Source: the human T2T-CHM13v2.0 reference genome, Homo sapiens. From it: 64,000 nt of DNA. A program made the position numbers and the translations under genes. Numbering within the stretch: the first letter of the stretch is position 1; each line of letters opens with the position of its first letter. This document shows positions 37,831 to 50,675 of this stretch, one piece after another. The notes under the pieces are model-generated. The model made no database searches, was not told the DNA's origin, and saw nothing but the letters and a program-made list of their open reading frames with translations. Where the stretch lies: assembly GCF_009914755.1 (NCBI RefSeq), contig NC_060930.1. The stretch is one strand, 5' to 3'.

Positions 37831-38493
37831 TAAGTCCTTTATGATAAATCACTAGTTAGTACTGATGGACTGACTTATGAGGAAATATATACTTTTCTTA
37901 GTCATAACAGAGACTTTCCTGTTTTAATATATTAATGTTCTAAGCAACAAGGAAAAACAGATTATGTATTCTCCTATCAAGATAAAGATTTTAAAGAATA
38001 AATTTCACCTGAAAAAAATCATCTTTTTAAAAGTAGATAAATGAGTGTATGGGAGGTGGGGGAGAAGTTTGGGGTTGCCATATCAGAACCTCCTACAGAA
38101 TTTTTCTGAGTACAAATCTGTGGCACCATCCTTTCCCCTAAAAGGCCAAGTTGAATCTCACTGGCAGCTTCAGCCCATGTGTGATTTTGAAACCTGGGTC
38201 ACCTTACTAGCTCTACATTCATTTGTGTTCCTCAGCTGACTCGGATCTTGTTTGTATCTTCCCTAGAATGCTGAAGCCCTGATGGAAGATGAATAGAAAC
38301 CGGACACTCCCACAGAGGGCTGGTTAGCTGGTGCACCATCCCATTTGCTCTTGGACTCTGCTCACTTCACCTCTCGGTGTGACTTTGCGATGGCTGGAGC
38401 TGTGCCAGGCCTGCTACCCCTGGACACCTGATGATATCAAGAGGACTAAGGGCCCCTGAAATTTCAGAAATGCTGAATCCGTGGCAAAAGAGA

Positions 38494-39042
38494 TGTTATT
38501 GGTGCCCTGAGTTCTTGTAATCTCCAAGGAGAGAAATCAAGAGGGATCACCAGACATAGCAGCCAAAAAGAAAGAGAAAAATTTATTTTAGCTTGTGTGC
38601 AAGGAAGTCAGCACTGCAAAAGGAAAAGGTGGGTTGCTCCCCAAGGGCAGTATGTGGGTTAGTTTTACAGGGACTTTCTATAGAAAAGGATTTTGTCAGA
38701 GCCTGAATAGGAGGGGTTTGTCTAGAGCTTGTGCAGTGGTTTTACATGCTTCTTCATACATCACAAATAACATGAGCATTTTAAATCTCCACTGCTGGGC
38801 ATGATTTTTAGCATTAAAATGAGGCAAGGGTAACTATAAGTTAAAGTTTAAGTCTAACTGCACACGCAGAACTTCATGGTAGGCCCTAGCCCCCTGAAGT
38901 AGGAACTCGTGGTGGTTAATAACTTCTTGGGTCTTGTTGTTAATCAGCTGGAAGTTAGGTAAGGTGCAGCATGAATAAGGGGCTTTTGTTCTTTTTCTCG
39001 AAACCACCTCAAAACAGGAAATCAGCCAGCCTGTCTGTCTCA
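38494..39042 (-). mobile_element. ERV1 (MER4-group-like) solo LTR
   Basis: TG...CA termini about 550 bp apart; AATAAA on minus at 38582-38587; CATGCTTCTTCATACATC...AGCATTTTAAATCTCCAC resembles MER4-group LTRs; flanks GAGA / GAAA. Subfamily not resolved. Confidence 0.7.
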
Positions 39043-40202
39043 GAAAGACCAATAGGTGTGAATTAATCTTTAACCAAAATATCCTGGGCTCCAAGGCAAT
39101 TTGGGGGTGTAAATACACCCCCAAATCTTCTATTAATTTCTTAAATAGATTATGAGGCAATCCAATGATTCACAGATTTACCTTTGCCTATCCACTGAGT
39201 GAACTTTAAGAGAACTGTAAGTTGTTTTTCCAGTAGGTTTATCTGCTAGAGCAGATGAAATCTGTTCTTATTCATTGCAGGCCTCCTGAGATCCTAGTTC
39301 CTAAATTTTTAGCAGACTCTTCCACCTCTCTATTGAAGGGTGTGAAGTATCTTCCCTGTACTCAAAATAGCTACTGATTGATTGTTCAGTCATTTACATA
39401 TAAAAATAAGACTCTGTTTTCTTCCTCAGCAACAAGGAACTCTCTAATTCCTATCTGACAGTTCACAGAGATGTGGTGAGTAAGTACAAGTAGGTCTTCG
39501 ACAAAATTTCTTGCAAATACTCTATTGGTCAAGTCCTTGTAGAATCAACTAGGAAAGTACAGTGCCTATGTTAGGTTTTTAATCTGTCAACATGCTATAG
39601 CTTTATTTGATGAAAGACTGCTCCATGCTGTGTAACCAGTAAAATATGAATTATAGGTAATCATCTCATCAGAGTTGAATTCTTTACATTTAAAAAATAT
39701 GAATCCTACCTTAAGGAAAGCTTCTATTTTCAAAGTGGAATCTTTCTAAATACTCTTGGAACTGGAGTTATTTTCAAGTGCCCTAGAGAAAGCAAACAGC
39801 TGTTGAATCCTACACAGAACTAAGAGTTCAAAAATCAGTGCTTAGACTTTCCATTTCAGCCCAGCAGGGTCACCCAAGTGACATTTCTGGGGAACAGAAT
39901 CAACTTCCAGTAAATTAGCAAACATACACCACAAATGGAAATATTCAATTGAATATTTATAAGAAATAAAAAATTGAAGGTGTATGGAAAAGAGAATCAC
40001 TTTTTATTATTGAAATGTCTAATGCTTCAAGCTAATAGTTTAAACTGAAAATCAGGATGTTATTGGGAAAGGAATGCAATTAACATTTTATGAGTAACTG
40101 TGTGGTGGTGTTTGTTATTGTTAAAGGAAAAAAAAAGCAAATACTTCCCAAGTACACTTTGTTTATTTCAATTCCTAGCGGCAGAGATTTTAAGGGTGTT
40201 TA

Positions 40203-40312
40203 CTGGTGTAATGGGAAGAGCACTGGACTAGGAGCCAGGAAACCTGAGTTTGGCCAGTGATCTTTTGGCCTTGATTTTCTTTTCTGTAAAATGAGAAAGA
40301 GGGCTAGGCTAG
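40203..40312 (+). mobile_element. MIR (MIRc/MIR3-like), internally deleted
   Basis: GGTGTAATGGGAAGAGCACTGGACTAGGAGCCAGGAAACCTGAGTT...TCTGTAAAATGAGA. Confidence 0.75.
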
Positions 40313-40844
40313 TCGTTTCTGGCACATGTCTGGCCACATGACAAACCTCTTCCTCAAAGATTATGACTCAGTAGGTCTGGGAGACCCGCTTCTGGCATAC
40401 TGAGATTAGATCCCACAAGCACATCATTTAGCTTATGTGGAACTAATGGATGGATCAAAACATTGAAAGATAAGCAGTGTTTATTCTAAGGGAGAAAGGG
40501 AAGGAGACTTGCCGGAAATCATGGAAGCTGAGATGTCATATTAAAAGAAGCAATAGAAAGAATCTTTGAGCCAAAGTTATCAAAAATACAGGCATTTCCA
40601 TTGTGCATTTGTGGAAGAAAGACACACCATGATTTGAAAGTTTCTGATGTGATTCAAGGATGCCTATGAGGAGGCAAGTAAGCGGCACCACTGTTTGCAC
40701 TCTGACTCCCTTTTTACCCAGTGCATCTCTGCTTAGTCTGTTTTAAATGCCACAGTTCAGTGGCTGAAACATGATTGAGCTGTATATTCTAACACTATGT
40801 CCTGGAAACTGGTGAATCTGTATTTGTTCCCAATTTCTGTATCT

Positions 40845-41340
40845 GTTAATGCCACCATCTTTCTCCTTATACACACTTTTATTAGGTTGGTGCAAAAGCA
40901 ATTGTGGTTTTTGCCATTAATAAAAGCCCATGTCCAGTTATGACCTAGCTTGTCAATTCCTTTATATTTCATCTCAGATTTATCTCAGTCGTTCACCTCC
41001 CATAGCCACTTCCTGATCACAATCATCTAAATTACTGCAATGCCCTTTTGCCTAGTCTCTGAGTCTCCATTTTATTTCTTCTTCAATTCTTCCTTCAGCA
41101 CTTCTTAAATTAACCTTTCTGTTTCACAGTTCTCATCCTGTTATTCGCTTTCACAGAATCATATACTTTTGGTTAATTGTCTCTGTAATGGTGTCAAAAT
41201 TCCTTAGATAGAGTCGGAAGGTTCTCAATAATTCAAACCCACTTAGCATTATAAATTATTTTATTCTGTTTTTCTGTTTGTAGCCTACGATTGAGCCAAA
41301 CTAGAATTGTTCTTACATCACGTGAATGAGCCCGTATGTC
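40845..41340 (+). mobile_element. L2 fragment
   Basis: Pyrimidine-rich; AATTACTGCAATGCCCTTTTGCCTAGTCTC...CAAAATTCCTTAG...AGCCAAACTAGA. Confidence 0.55.
40882..40920 (+). mobile_element. MADE1/Hsmar1 single TIR (half MITE)
   Basis: TA-TTAGGTTGGTGCAAAAGCAATTGTGGTTTTTGCCATTA matches the Hsmar1 TIR; the second arm is absent. Confidence 0.9.
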
Positions 41341-41399
41341 TTTTATCTGATTTGCCCTACTCTTTCACATTTCCTATTGAATCTCTGTCTATTTTCATT

Positions 41400-42440
41400 T
41401 ACTGAAAGAATAACAGAAGAGATAAAACTACATAATCCTATTTCCCAGCACAATTATTTCAATTTTTATGTAGAACTTTTACTTTTACATATGCATATGT
41501 ATTTTCATAAATGCAGTCAATTTTATGTATATTTTTGCATTCTCATTATAAGCCCTTTCCATTTAGCTACATAATTTTCATTTTTAATAGTTGCATAATT
41601 TTCCATACAGCAGCTGTGCCATAATTCAGGTAAACATTTTTCTATCGATGGCCATTCTGGGTGTTTCTAATTTTTAGCTATTATAAATAGTACTGCAAAT
41701 TTTAGCTATTATAAATAATGCTGCAATTAATAGCTCCATGTATAACATTCTGTTTGGGGTTTATTACCTTTGGATAACTTTCCAGGAGTGGATTTTACTA
41801 GGCCAAAGATATAAAATTTTTATGGCTTTTTGATGTACACTGACAAATTATTTTCCAAAAAGTTTATACCGATTTATACTGCCACCAATAATGTATATGA
41901 GTGTACTATTTTTACTACAAACTTGCTGACTCAAAACAGAACTATACCTCACTAATATATTATTTTTTCATATTTTTAGTACATGTGTTAGGAAATGTAA
42001 TGCTTAAATTTTAAGTATTGCATTTTCTTCTTATGTATTAATAAATTGTCTGTTCACATTATTTTCTGGCTGAATTTGTAAATTTCAAAAGGTCATGGGC
42101 CATGTCAGTCTTCTCTCCACTCTATAGTACAGTTCAGCACTGTTGCAGTACATAGAGAGTATTCAATATGTATTTGTGCTGTAAGTAAATGTATATTTAT
42201 CTTTTGATAAATATACATTTACTTACCACATTTTTATCAATCCAGATGAGCTCTTTGTAGACTTATGAGTATTAACCATAGTTAAAGTAAATATTTTCCA
42301 TTTATTCTAGTGAACATTGCTTTAGAAGACACAAAAATTGTAATAGAAACTGTTGCTATAGTCTTTGTGCTTTCTTGTATCGCCTTAAAACCTAAAAGTT
42401 GTACTCTATAGAGATGCTAATGTGTACATTCAAGTTTTTA
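41400..42440 (-). mobile_element. Old L1ME fragments, with an L2 3' end at ~42090-42195
   Basis: TGCATAATTTTCCAT...GATGGCCATTCTGGGTGTTTC...GATTTATACTGCCACCAATAATGTATATGAGTG. Confidence 0.6.
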
Positions 42441-43104
42441 TTTATTTTTGTATTTTTTGTTATAGATTTTTTTGGGGGAGATTAATTCTAACTATTCTTG
42501 AATCAAGACCTCTCCTCAATGCTTCTTTCTCAGGTTCTGTCTGAGTGCTGGGTTATTTACCTGAAACCATAGCTACTGATGGCTTAGATCTGAAGCTTTT
42601 GGGTTGGATCCCACCTGGAGCCTTCGCTTTGCTTCTGTGTGTAGGAACATTTTACCTAGGCAGGAGGGATTTAAGTTAATCCAGCTAACACTCTGAGATT
42701 CAGGATTAAGTCAGCATTGCTGCTATTTTAGCCATAAACCTTTATTTCAGCTGTAATAACAGTGCTTCTGCTATGGTCCCATGCTGGGTACCTGGTATTT
42801 TAATATGATTATTTTGATAGGGATGTATTTACCTGACCTAGAAAAACAAATTGTTAAATTTTAGGTGCATTTCAATTATCAAGAAAGAGTGTTTCACAGA
42901 TACTTCCAGCCCATCCTTAAGCCTCATTCCATCTGTCCATCACCTCACTGATCTCTGACCCTCCTCAACTTTGAGCATCACAGCAAAATCAAAGTAAAGA
43001 TTAGATTTAAAAATCCAGCCTGTTCAAGGTCTATCATAGTCTTAATAATTGAATTTCTGCTTTATGTTTCCAACTTTAAAATACTTTTAGTATTATAACT
43101 CACC

Positions 43105-43662
43105 TGTATTAGTCAGGGTTCTCCAGAAAAACAGAACAAATAGGATATACATTGATATGTAAGAAAAGACCTGTTATAGGAATTGATTCATACAATTACG
43201 GAAGCCGAGAAGTCCCACTGTATGCTGTTTCAAGGTGGAAAACAGGAAAGCCAGTGGTGTAATTCAGTCTGAGTTTGAAGACCTAAGAGTCAGGGAGACA
43301 GATAGTGTAGCTCTCAGTCCAAGAAGGAAAGGCTGAGAAATGAGCCAGGGTAGGGGGTCCTAGGAGGAAGGGGTATTGGTGTAAGTCCTGGAGTCCAAAG
43401 GCCCGAGAACCAAGAGCTCTGATGTTTGAGGGCAGAAGATGAATACTCCAGCTCAAGAGGAGAGAAAATTTACCCTTCCATGGCCTTTTTATTCTGATGC
43501 CTTTCAATATTGGTGAAGGGGGCTTCTTCTTTACTCTGCCTACTGAGTCAAATGCTCATCTTTTCTGGAGACACCTCACAGACACATCCAGAAATAATAC
43601 TTTGCCAGTTATCTGGGCATCCCTTAGCCCAGACAAGCTGACACGTAAAGTTAACCATCGCC
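43105..43662 (-). mobile_element. MLT2B-type (ERVL) solo LTR
   Basis: TGTATTAGTCAGGGTTCTCCAGAAAAACAGAAC...CACCTCACAGACACATCCAGAAATAAT...AAGCTGACACGTAAAGTTAACCATC. Confidence 0.9.
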
Positions 43663-46141
43663 CCACTTCAGTCTAAAAGGCCCTTCTGATTCTGCTCCAT
43701 GCCCCCCTCCCTATAAGGCTTCCCTAGTGCCAATTGCCCACTGACGGCTTTATAGGGTGCCGTCTCCTGAGCTCATGCTACAGGGATCTGAGAAGGTCCT
43801 CTGTCACTGTGTCTTGGATATTTCTGCCTGACATTTCCAGCCTCTCGACCAGAACGTCCCCTGCTGCTTCTTTCATTGTATCAGTCCATTGTCATGCCTC
43901 ATTTTTGCTGATCTGCCAGGATAGCAACTTGATCCTGAGATAGAGCTTCCCCTTTTTTGAAGCCTTCCTTATAGTGGCTCCATTCCATGACATCACTCCT
44001 ATTCTGCCCTCCAGGGAGCCTCAAAACCACCAGTTAATTCCTGTTCTTCCCAACCTCTATAGCATTCACCTAACTTGTATTATGTTAAAGGTTTTTGTAG
44101 TATGCTTAGCTCATCTCCAGTACATGGCCAAGTCCTAGAGAGTAAGCAGCATGCTGTTTCACATTTATGTTTTTCTCAGTCACATTGTCTCACCTACGTT
44201 TTCATGCAGAACATTTAAGAAAAAACAAAAGTTTTCATTTTGTCCCACCGTTCTTCTCTGGCCATTCTTTGTTCCTCAAAACTCCTCTGCTTTAGTCAAA
44301 TACAGTTACTAAATCCTTCTACATCTTAGTTTATATTGATTGTCCAACAGAGGAAAAAGAACCCACCAAAACAACAAACAAATAAACAAACAAAAACAAC
44401 CTCTTTTCTCTTTCTGTAAATCATATGCTTCTTCCCAAATATCTTGCGTCTCATTTCTTTGTGAGGCATTCCCCCACCTAACCTTACAGTACTTAGCTGT
44501 TTCCTCATTTGACAATTCCTCTTTCCTACTTGATTTAGGTTTTATGTATCAGCTCGCCCTCCTTTTATCCCCTTGCTCTCTGAACCTAGTAGGCGTAGGT
44601 AGATGAAAGAAAAAAACCTCATGAAAGTGATACCGATGAGCTAAGTTGTTTGGTTATTTTACTTGTTTGTTTGTTTTTTCTTTTTTGAATTTTTTGTTTT
44701 GCTTTGTTTTTAGTGGTGGTGGTAAATTTCCACTGGTCCATTCAGACCACCTCATACTGTTTCCATAGTTAAGAATTTGCAAAATAGCTGGGTAGAAGGA
44801 GGGGTGCATGCTTTGCTCATGGGTGGGGAAGTCAACTGACCCACAGGAAAACAAAAACCAAAAAAAAAAGTTGTTTTATTATCCCCAGTTGGCAAAACCA
44901 TGTTTTCTACCAAGAAAGATTCTCATCTGTTAACATAACATCTGTTTTATATATTTCACAGACGCCTCAATTGCAAACAATGGACAACCCACTGAGTTTT
45001 GTTTCTGTGAATATATTTATCAGAGATTCAGATATATAAAATATTTTATTTATTGTGCTGATATCATGTGCACATAAGCATTAGATATTATCATCTATCC
45101 TTCATAGATGTTAATGCTGCTGATTTAGTTACTATCAGTGGTATCACTAAGGCTGTATAGACCAAAACAAGCATTGCCATATTTTTCATGCTACATGCAC
45201 AGCCCACACAGCAAGAAAATGGGGACAGCTTACAAAGTATAGGCACATTGTTCTGTAATCTGTACCCATGTTGGATAAATGTTTATTAAAATCCTTTAAA
45301 AGTGCCAGCATTATCAAAATAATGAGATAATGCCTTCAAAGTAAAACAAAAATTCAGATAAATAGACAAAACAGAAACTGAGTCACAGAGTTGAAATAGA
45401 GATATTATTTTTATCAAAATATTTACCTTTGGTCTTAGGTGACAGGTTAGATGGAAGGGAAACAGCAATTTTGTACCATACTTCTACTCATGAAATGGCT
45501 GTGTGGTCCTGAACTGTTTATTGTATATTGCCAAGAAGGAAGGTTTGATGACAATAGAAAGACTAGAACTAACCAAACCACAGGTAGTGAGCGCCAATTG
45601 CAAAGGCCACCCTGAACAACGAATGCAATCCAAAATCTTTATACACATCGAATTCTTCTTTAAAACAATACGTTCAGGCACTTGGTTTTGTGTTTTTAAA
45701 TTCTTGTTACGTTGTTTCCTATTTATTATGGCCAATTTTATATTTGTTAAACAGCTCATCATTTATGATAAAAACTTTGAAATCATTTCAATCTTATTTT
45801 ATTTGCCACATATGCTATAAAACAAACTGGTTGAATCACCAGCCTTACTTAAAAAGAGAGAAAGCTGGGAATATGAGTGTTGGAGCAACAAGCACAAGGA
45901 AAGAGCACTGGAAACTGGCAGGGCTGGAATGCAAAGCCCCACCCCCGACTCCCTGGCCCCAGTTCTTTCAGGTTAAACTGTACTGCTTTTTTTCTGGGTA
46001 AATGCTTAATCAGTTTGTTCCAGTCTCCCGCAAAAAAACTAAACTCAAAGTGGAGATTTTCACATATTCCTCTTCTTAGAACAATGGCGTCCTCTTTTGC
46101 TGAATGAGTTTCTTTAGGAATTAACATTTATATGTTCCAGA

Positions 46142-46273
46142 TAAGACACTCCAGGGTGTGTATTATAGACGAGCAATGATGTGCCTTGGCAGTTAATGGC
46201 ACTCAGTCCAAACTACCAGGGCATGTCATTATTAGGTCATAATACCCACCCTGGAGTGTCTTACAGCTTAATT
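46142..46273. mobile_element. Palindromic ancient element, Eulor6/Crypton-like
   Basis: 53-bp inverted arms (46142-46194 and 46211-46263), outer 17 bp perfect. The right terminus reads AATTAAGCTGTAAGACAC on the minus strand, similar to my recollection of Eulor6 ends (AATTAAGCAATAAGACAC). The palindrome is certain; the family call is tentative. Confidence 0.6.
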
Positions 46274-47074
46274 GTTCCCTCTTCCATTCCAGAAACTAGG
46301 AAAAGACATATTTTACTCACGTTTCTGCTTTGTTAATGAGTTCAGAGTGGATGAACACATGTGTGCTGCCTGTTCTGCCTATCACACATGTATTCAGAAA
46401 TAAATGCAGGTCACATAATCCTCAATTCCAGCTTGCATATTTTGCTACACAAAGTTGGCATGGCTTGAATACCTCTGAAGGTAAAGATTTAGAATGCAAC
46501 ATTTGTCTAAATGTTCAGACACTTAAAACTCATGAGGCTTCCCCTTCTACCAATGTCCTTAACATTTATCTCCAGATATCATCTGTTTTTCTGCTGGAAA
46601 TTTCCACCAAAAGAGTTATATTTTGGTGGAGTATTTTGGACTAGATTCCAGAATAGACTATTTTCAGTCTTTTGAATACATATTAATAATTAGTTGTGGC
46701 CTTAATAACTATTTAAGCTTAGGGGTTTTACCCATATTCACCAAAACTCTTCAATCAAAACGGAAAACTCATCATGCACCTTCAGCTGATTCTTCTACCA
46801 TCAAGTCATGATCTCCTTACAATAACACTTAAAATAACAGGCAAATGGATAGAAGTTACAAGAAGTAGCTGACATAGGCGTGTGTGGTTCTAAAGTATGG
46901 CTGTCTAGTAATAAAATGTATTGCTGTGCAAACAAGCATGAAATCAGGCTCCAGATCAATGAGACAAACACAGCCAGGGAGCTATCTAAGGGACACAGCT
47001 CTTGGAAAGTTTGTGGTGCAGAAAAACTGGTTTCAGATGGAGTTGCTTAGTCTTGAGTCTTACCCCCAGAATGA

Positions 47075-49266
47075 TAAATATCATATAACCAATAAAGAGA
47101 TTGACTCAGTAATTTTAAAACTGCCCACAAAGCTTGATGCCCAGATGGCTTCATTGGTAATTTCTACCCAACATTTAAAGAATTAAGGCCAATTCTTCAT
47201 AAGGTATTCCAAAACATAGAAATGGAGGGAACACTTCTCAAATCACTCTCTGAGGCCTGTATTACCCTGATATCAAAATGAGACAAAGCTAGGAATCAAA
47301 GGAAATTTACTCAATCTGATAAAGGCCATCTATGAAAAACCCACAGCTAGTTTCATACTGAATGGTGAAAGACTGAATACTTTTCTCATAAGATCAAGAA
47401 CAAAACAAGTATATCTATTCTCACCATTTCTACACTGGCAATGAACAATCCAAAAATGAAAGTAAGGAAACAATTTCATTGACAATAGCATCAAAAAAAT
47501 ACTTAAGAATGGATTTAACAGAAGGTACAATATTGCAGTTTCGAAAACTATAAAACATTGATGGAAGAAAATGAAGAATATCTAACAAAAGAAAAGAACC
47601 CCAATATTTATGGATTGGAAGACTTAATATCAGATTTCTCTACAGATTTAACACAATTTCTATCAAAATACCAGCTGATTTTTTTTTTTGCAGAAATTGA
47701 CAAGCTAATTCTAAAATGTGTATAGAAACACAGAGGAGCCAGAATATCCAAAACAATCTTGAAAAGAAGAACAAATTTGGAGCACTCATAGTTTCCTACC
47801 TCAAATTTACTAGACAGCTACAATAAGCAAGACACTGTGCCACTGACATAAGGATAGGCATATAAATTGATGAAGCAGAATTGGGAGTCCTGAAGTAAAC
47901 ATATACATTTATGGTTAATTGATTTTCAACAAGAATGCCAAGATAATTCAATAGGGGAGAATAATCTTTTCAACAAATTAAGCTGGGACAACAAGATATT
48001 CACATGCAAAAGAATGAAGTTGAACCTCTTTCCCCCACCATCCACAAAAATTACCTCAAAAATGTTTCAATCTCAATAAAAGCTAAAACTATAAAACTCT
48101 TAGAAGAAAGCAAATGAAACAATCTTCTTTACCTTGAGTTAAGTAATAGCTTCTTAGATATAATAAGAAAAGTTCAAGCAACAAAATAAAACATAGGTAA
48201 ATTATACTTCATCAAAATTAAAATTTTAGTGCTTCAAAGGACACAATCAAGGAAGTATAAAGTCCCAAAGAATGGTGGAAAATGTTTTTAAATCACATAA
48301 CTAATGACGAAAGATTAGTATTCAGAATATATGAAAAACTCTTACAACTCACTAATAAAAAGACAACTAACTTAAAAACGGTGAAAAGACCAGGATATAC
48401 ATTTTTTTAAAGAAGATGTACAAATGATCAAATGATCTAGAAACACAGGAAAAAGATGATCAACATCATTATTCATTAGGGAAATACATATCAAAATAAG
48501 AGATACAAAGAGATACCACTTTGCATTTATGAGGATGGCTAAAATTAAGAAGACAGGCACTTAAAATACAAAAGACAATAAAAAATGTGAGTAGAGATGT
48601 GGAGAAATTGGAGCCACACATTACACTTCCATATATGGGAATGTAAAATGGTGCAGCCACTTTGGAAAAGAGTTTGGCAGTTTCCCAGAATCTTAAGCAT
48701 AGAGTTATTATTTGACCCAGCAACTTCGCTACAAGGTATATACCCGAAATAAATAAAAAGGTATGTTCACAAAACTTGTATGTGAATATTCAAAACAGCA
48801 TTATTCATAATAGCCAATAAGTGGGAAAATAAGCAATGTCCATTGACTGATGAATGGATACAAATAAGTGAATAGCCATACAATGGGACATTATATAACA
48901 ATAAAAAGAAATGAAATACTGATGCATGCTACGACATGGATGAACATTGAAAACGTGGGCTAAATAAAAGAAGGTAGTTACAAGAGAACATATTACATAA
49001 TATATGATTTCATTTGATGAAATATTTAGAATTGGCAAACCTAGAAAGACAGAAAATAGGTTTGAGCTTGCCTAAGGGTAGATGGGCTAGGGTGTAGGGA
49101 GTGACTGCTAATGGGTTCAGAGCTGCTTTTAGGGGTGATGCAAATATCTTAAATTTGATTGTAGTGATGCAATATATTTGTAAATATACTAAAACTACTC
49201 AGTTGTATACTTTAAATGGGTAAGTTTTATGGCATATGACTTATATCTCAGTAAAGTCTGAAAAAA
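47075..49266 (+). mobile_element. L1MB7/8-like, 5'-truncated with internal deletions
   Basis: ORF2 CCAGATGGCTTCATTGGTAATTTCTACC; 3' UTR GAGTGACTGCTAATGGG...TTTAGGGGTGATG...TTGTATACTTTAAATGGGTAAG...TATATCTCAGTAAAG. Confidence 0.88.
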
Positions 49267-50324
49267 GAAACAGTGAAACAGGAGTGTAATGGAATCACAG
49301 AATAGCAGCAATATAAAGGCCTAGAAATTAAAAACAGGCATATCTTTCTTTCGTAAACTGAGATAAACGTGAGATGATTATAAACACTAGGAAAACAAAT
49401 AGCTGTAGATGAAAGATAATGATCAAAATATGTTGAAATCTAAGATACATTATAAGTTTTAGTAATAGTAAATGTCAGGAAAGATAATTCATTTAACCTT
49501 GACACTTGTAACACTTTTATTCAAAGTACTAAAACTAATGAGCTAGGATATTGTTTTCTCTAAGTGGCCAAACATGAGTCTATAATAAATTATATTTATG
49601 TAATTATATTATAACTTTGTAAATTATGTCAGTTTCAAGTTTATAGAATTAATTCATAGACAGGCACAGAAGACTTACCTGTAGGTTCAGACTAAAATGT
49701 GAATGTATAAAATTGGACACTCTGGGCATTACTTACCTTAGTCTTATGCAGGAGAGAATCAAGAGACCCCCCCCCCCCCACCCCGTTGTTTCAAAATAAG
49801 GAAACAGGAGAATAATTATATTTTTTTAAATTTAAAAGTAAGCAAAAGAAGAATTGAAACTGATTTTTGAAAATCAACAAAAATTTAAGATGGTTTGAAA
49901 GGAAGGAGGGGATATTCATTTGCTACCTAAAGCTTATAAAACAAAAAACAGCGGTAAAATCCATATTATTTATGACTATAAAGTTTGAAATATATAAACA
50001 AAAATTTTAAAATACTTGCCTGTGGAAAGTGCAATGGGGTGAGAGGTGAGTAATTGTATTTTTCACTTTTTGTAATTATGTAACATTAGAGGCTTTAAGG
50101 ATCATGAACATGTTACTACTTTTAGGAAAGTAAAAGTACCAGCAACGATAATAAACTGAAGTCTTCCAAAACAAACTAGGAAATTATGAGGAATTATTTT
50201 AAAGCAAACAAACAAAAGCAAAACAAACCTCATCAGAAAACTATGGCTGGAGAGGTTCCCAGTCAGTCTGCCACACTTGGCTTTGAGTTTGAGTTCTGAA
50301 AATTTCATTCCCGCAGTAGGAATC

Positions 50325-50675
50325 TGAATTAGTTGGTTTTCAGGCTGCTGATAAAGACATACCCAAGACTGGGAAGAAAACGAGGTTTAATTGGACTTCC
50401 AGTTCCACATGGCTGGGGAGGCCTCGAATTCATGGTGGGAGGGAAAAGACGCTTCTTACATGGCAGCAGCAAGAGAAAATGAGAAAGAAGAAAAGCGGAA
50501 ACCCCTTATAAACCCATCACATCTCATGAGACTTATTCCCATCACAATCATAGCACAGACAAGACTAGCCCCATGATTCAATTACCTCCCACTGGGCCCC
50601 TCCCACAACACGTGGGAATTCTGGCAGATAAAATTCGAGTTGAGATTTGGGGGGGGACACAGTCAAACCATATCA
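50325..50675 (-). mobile_element. THE1A solo LTR
   Basis: Minus strand begins TGATATGGTTTGACTGTGTCCCC; contains the AAGCGGAAACCCCTTATAAACCCATC segment; about 350 bp. Confidence 0.9.

Noticed and set aside
42828-42858. Minus-strand TTTGTTTTTCTAG/GTCAG/GTAAAT, a possible micro-exon or recursive splice site
   Set aside because: A short motif expected by chance, with no evidence of a host transcript.
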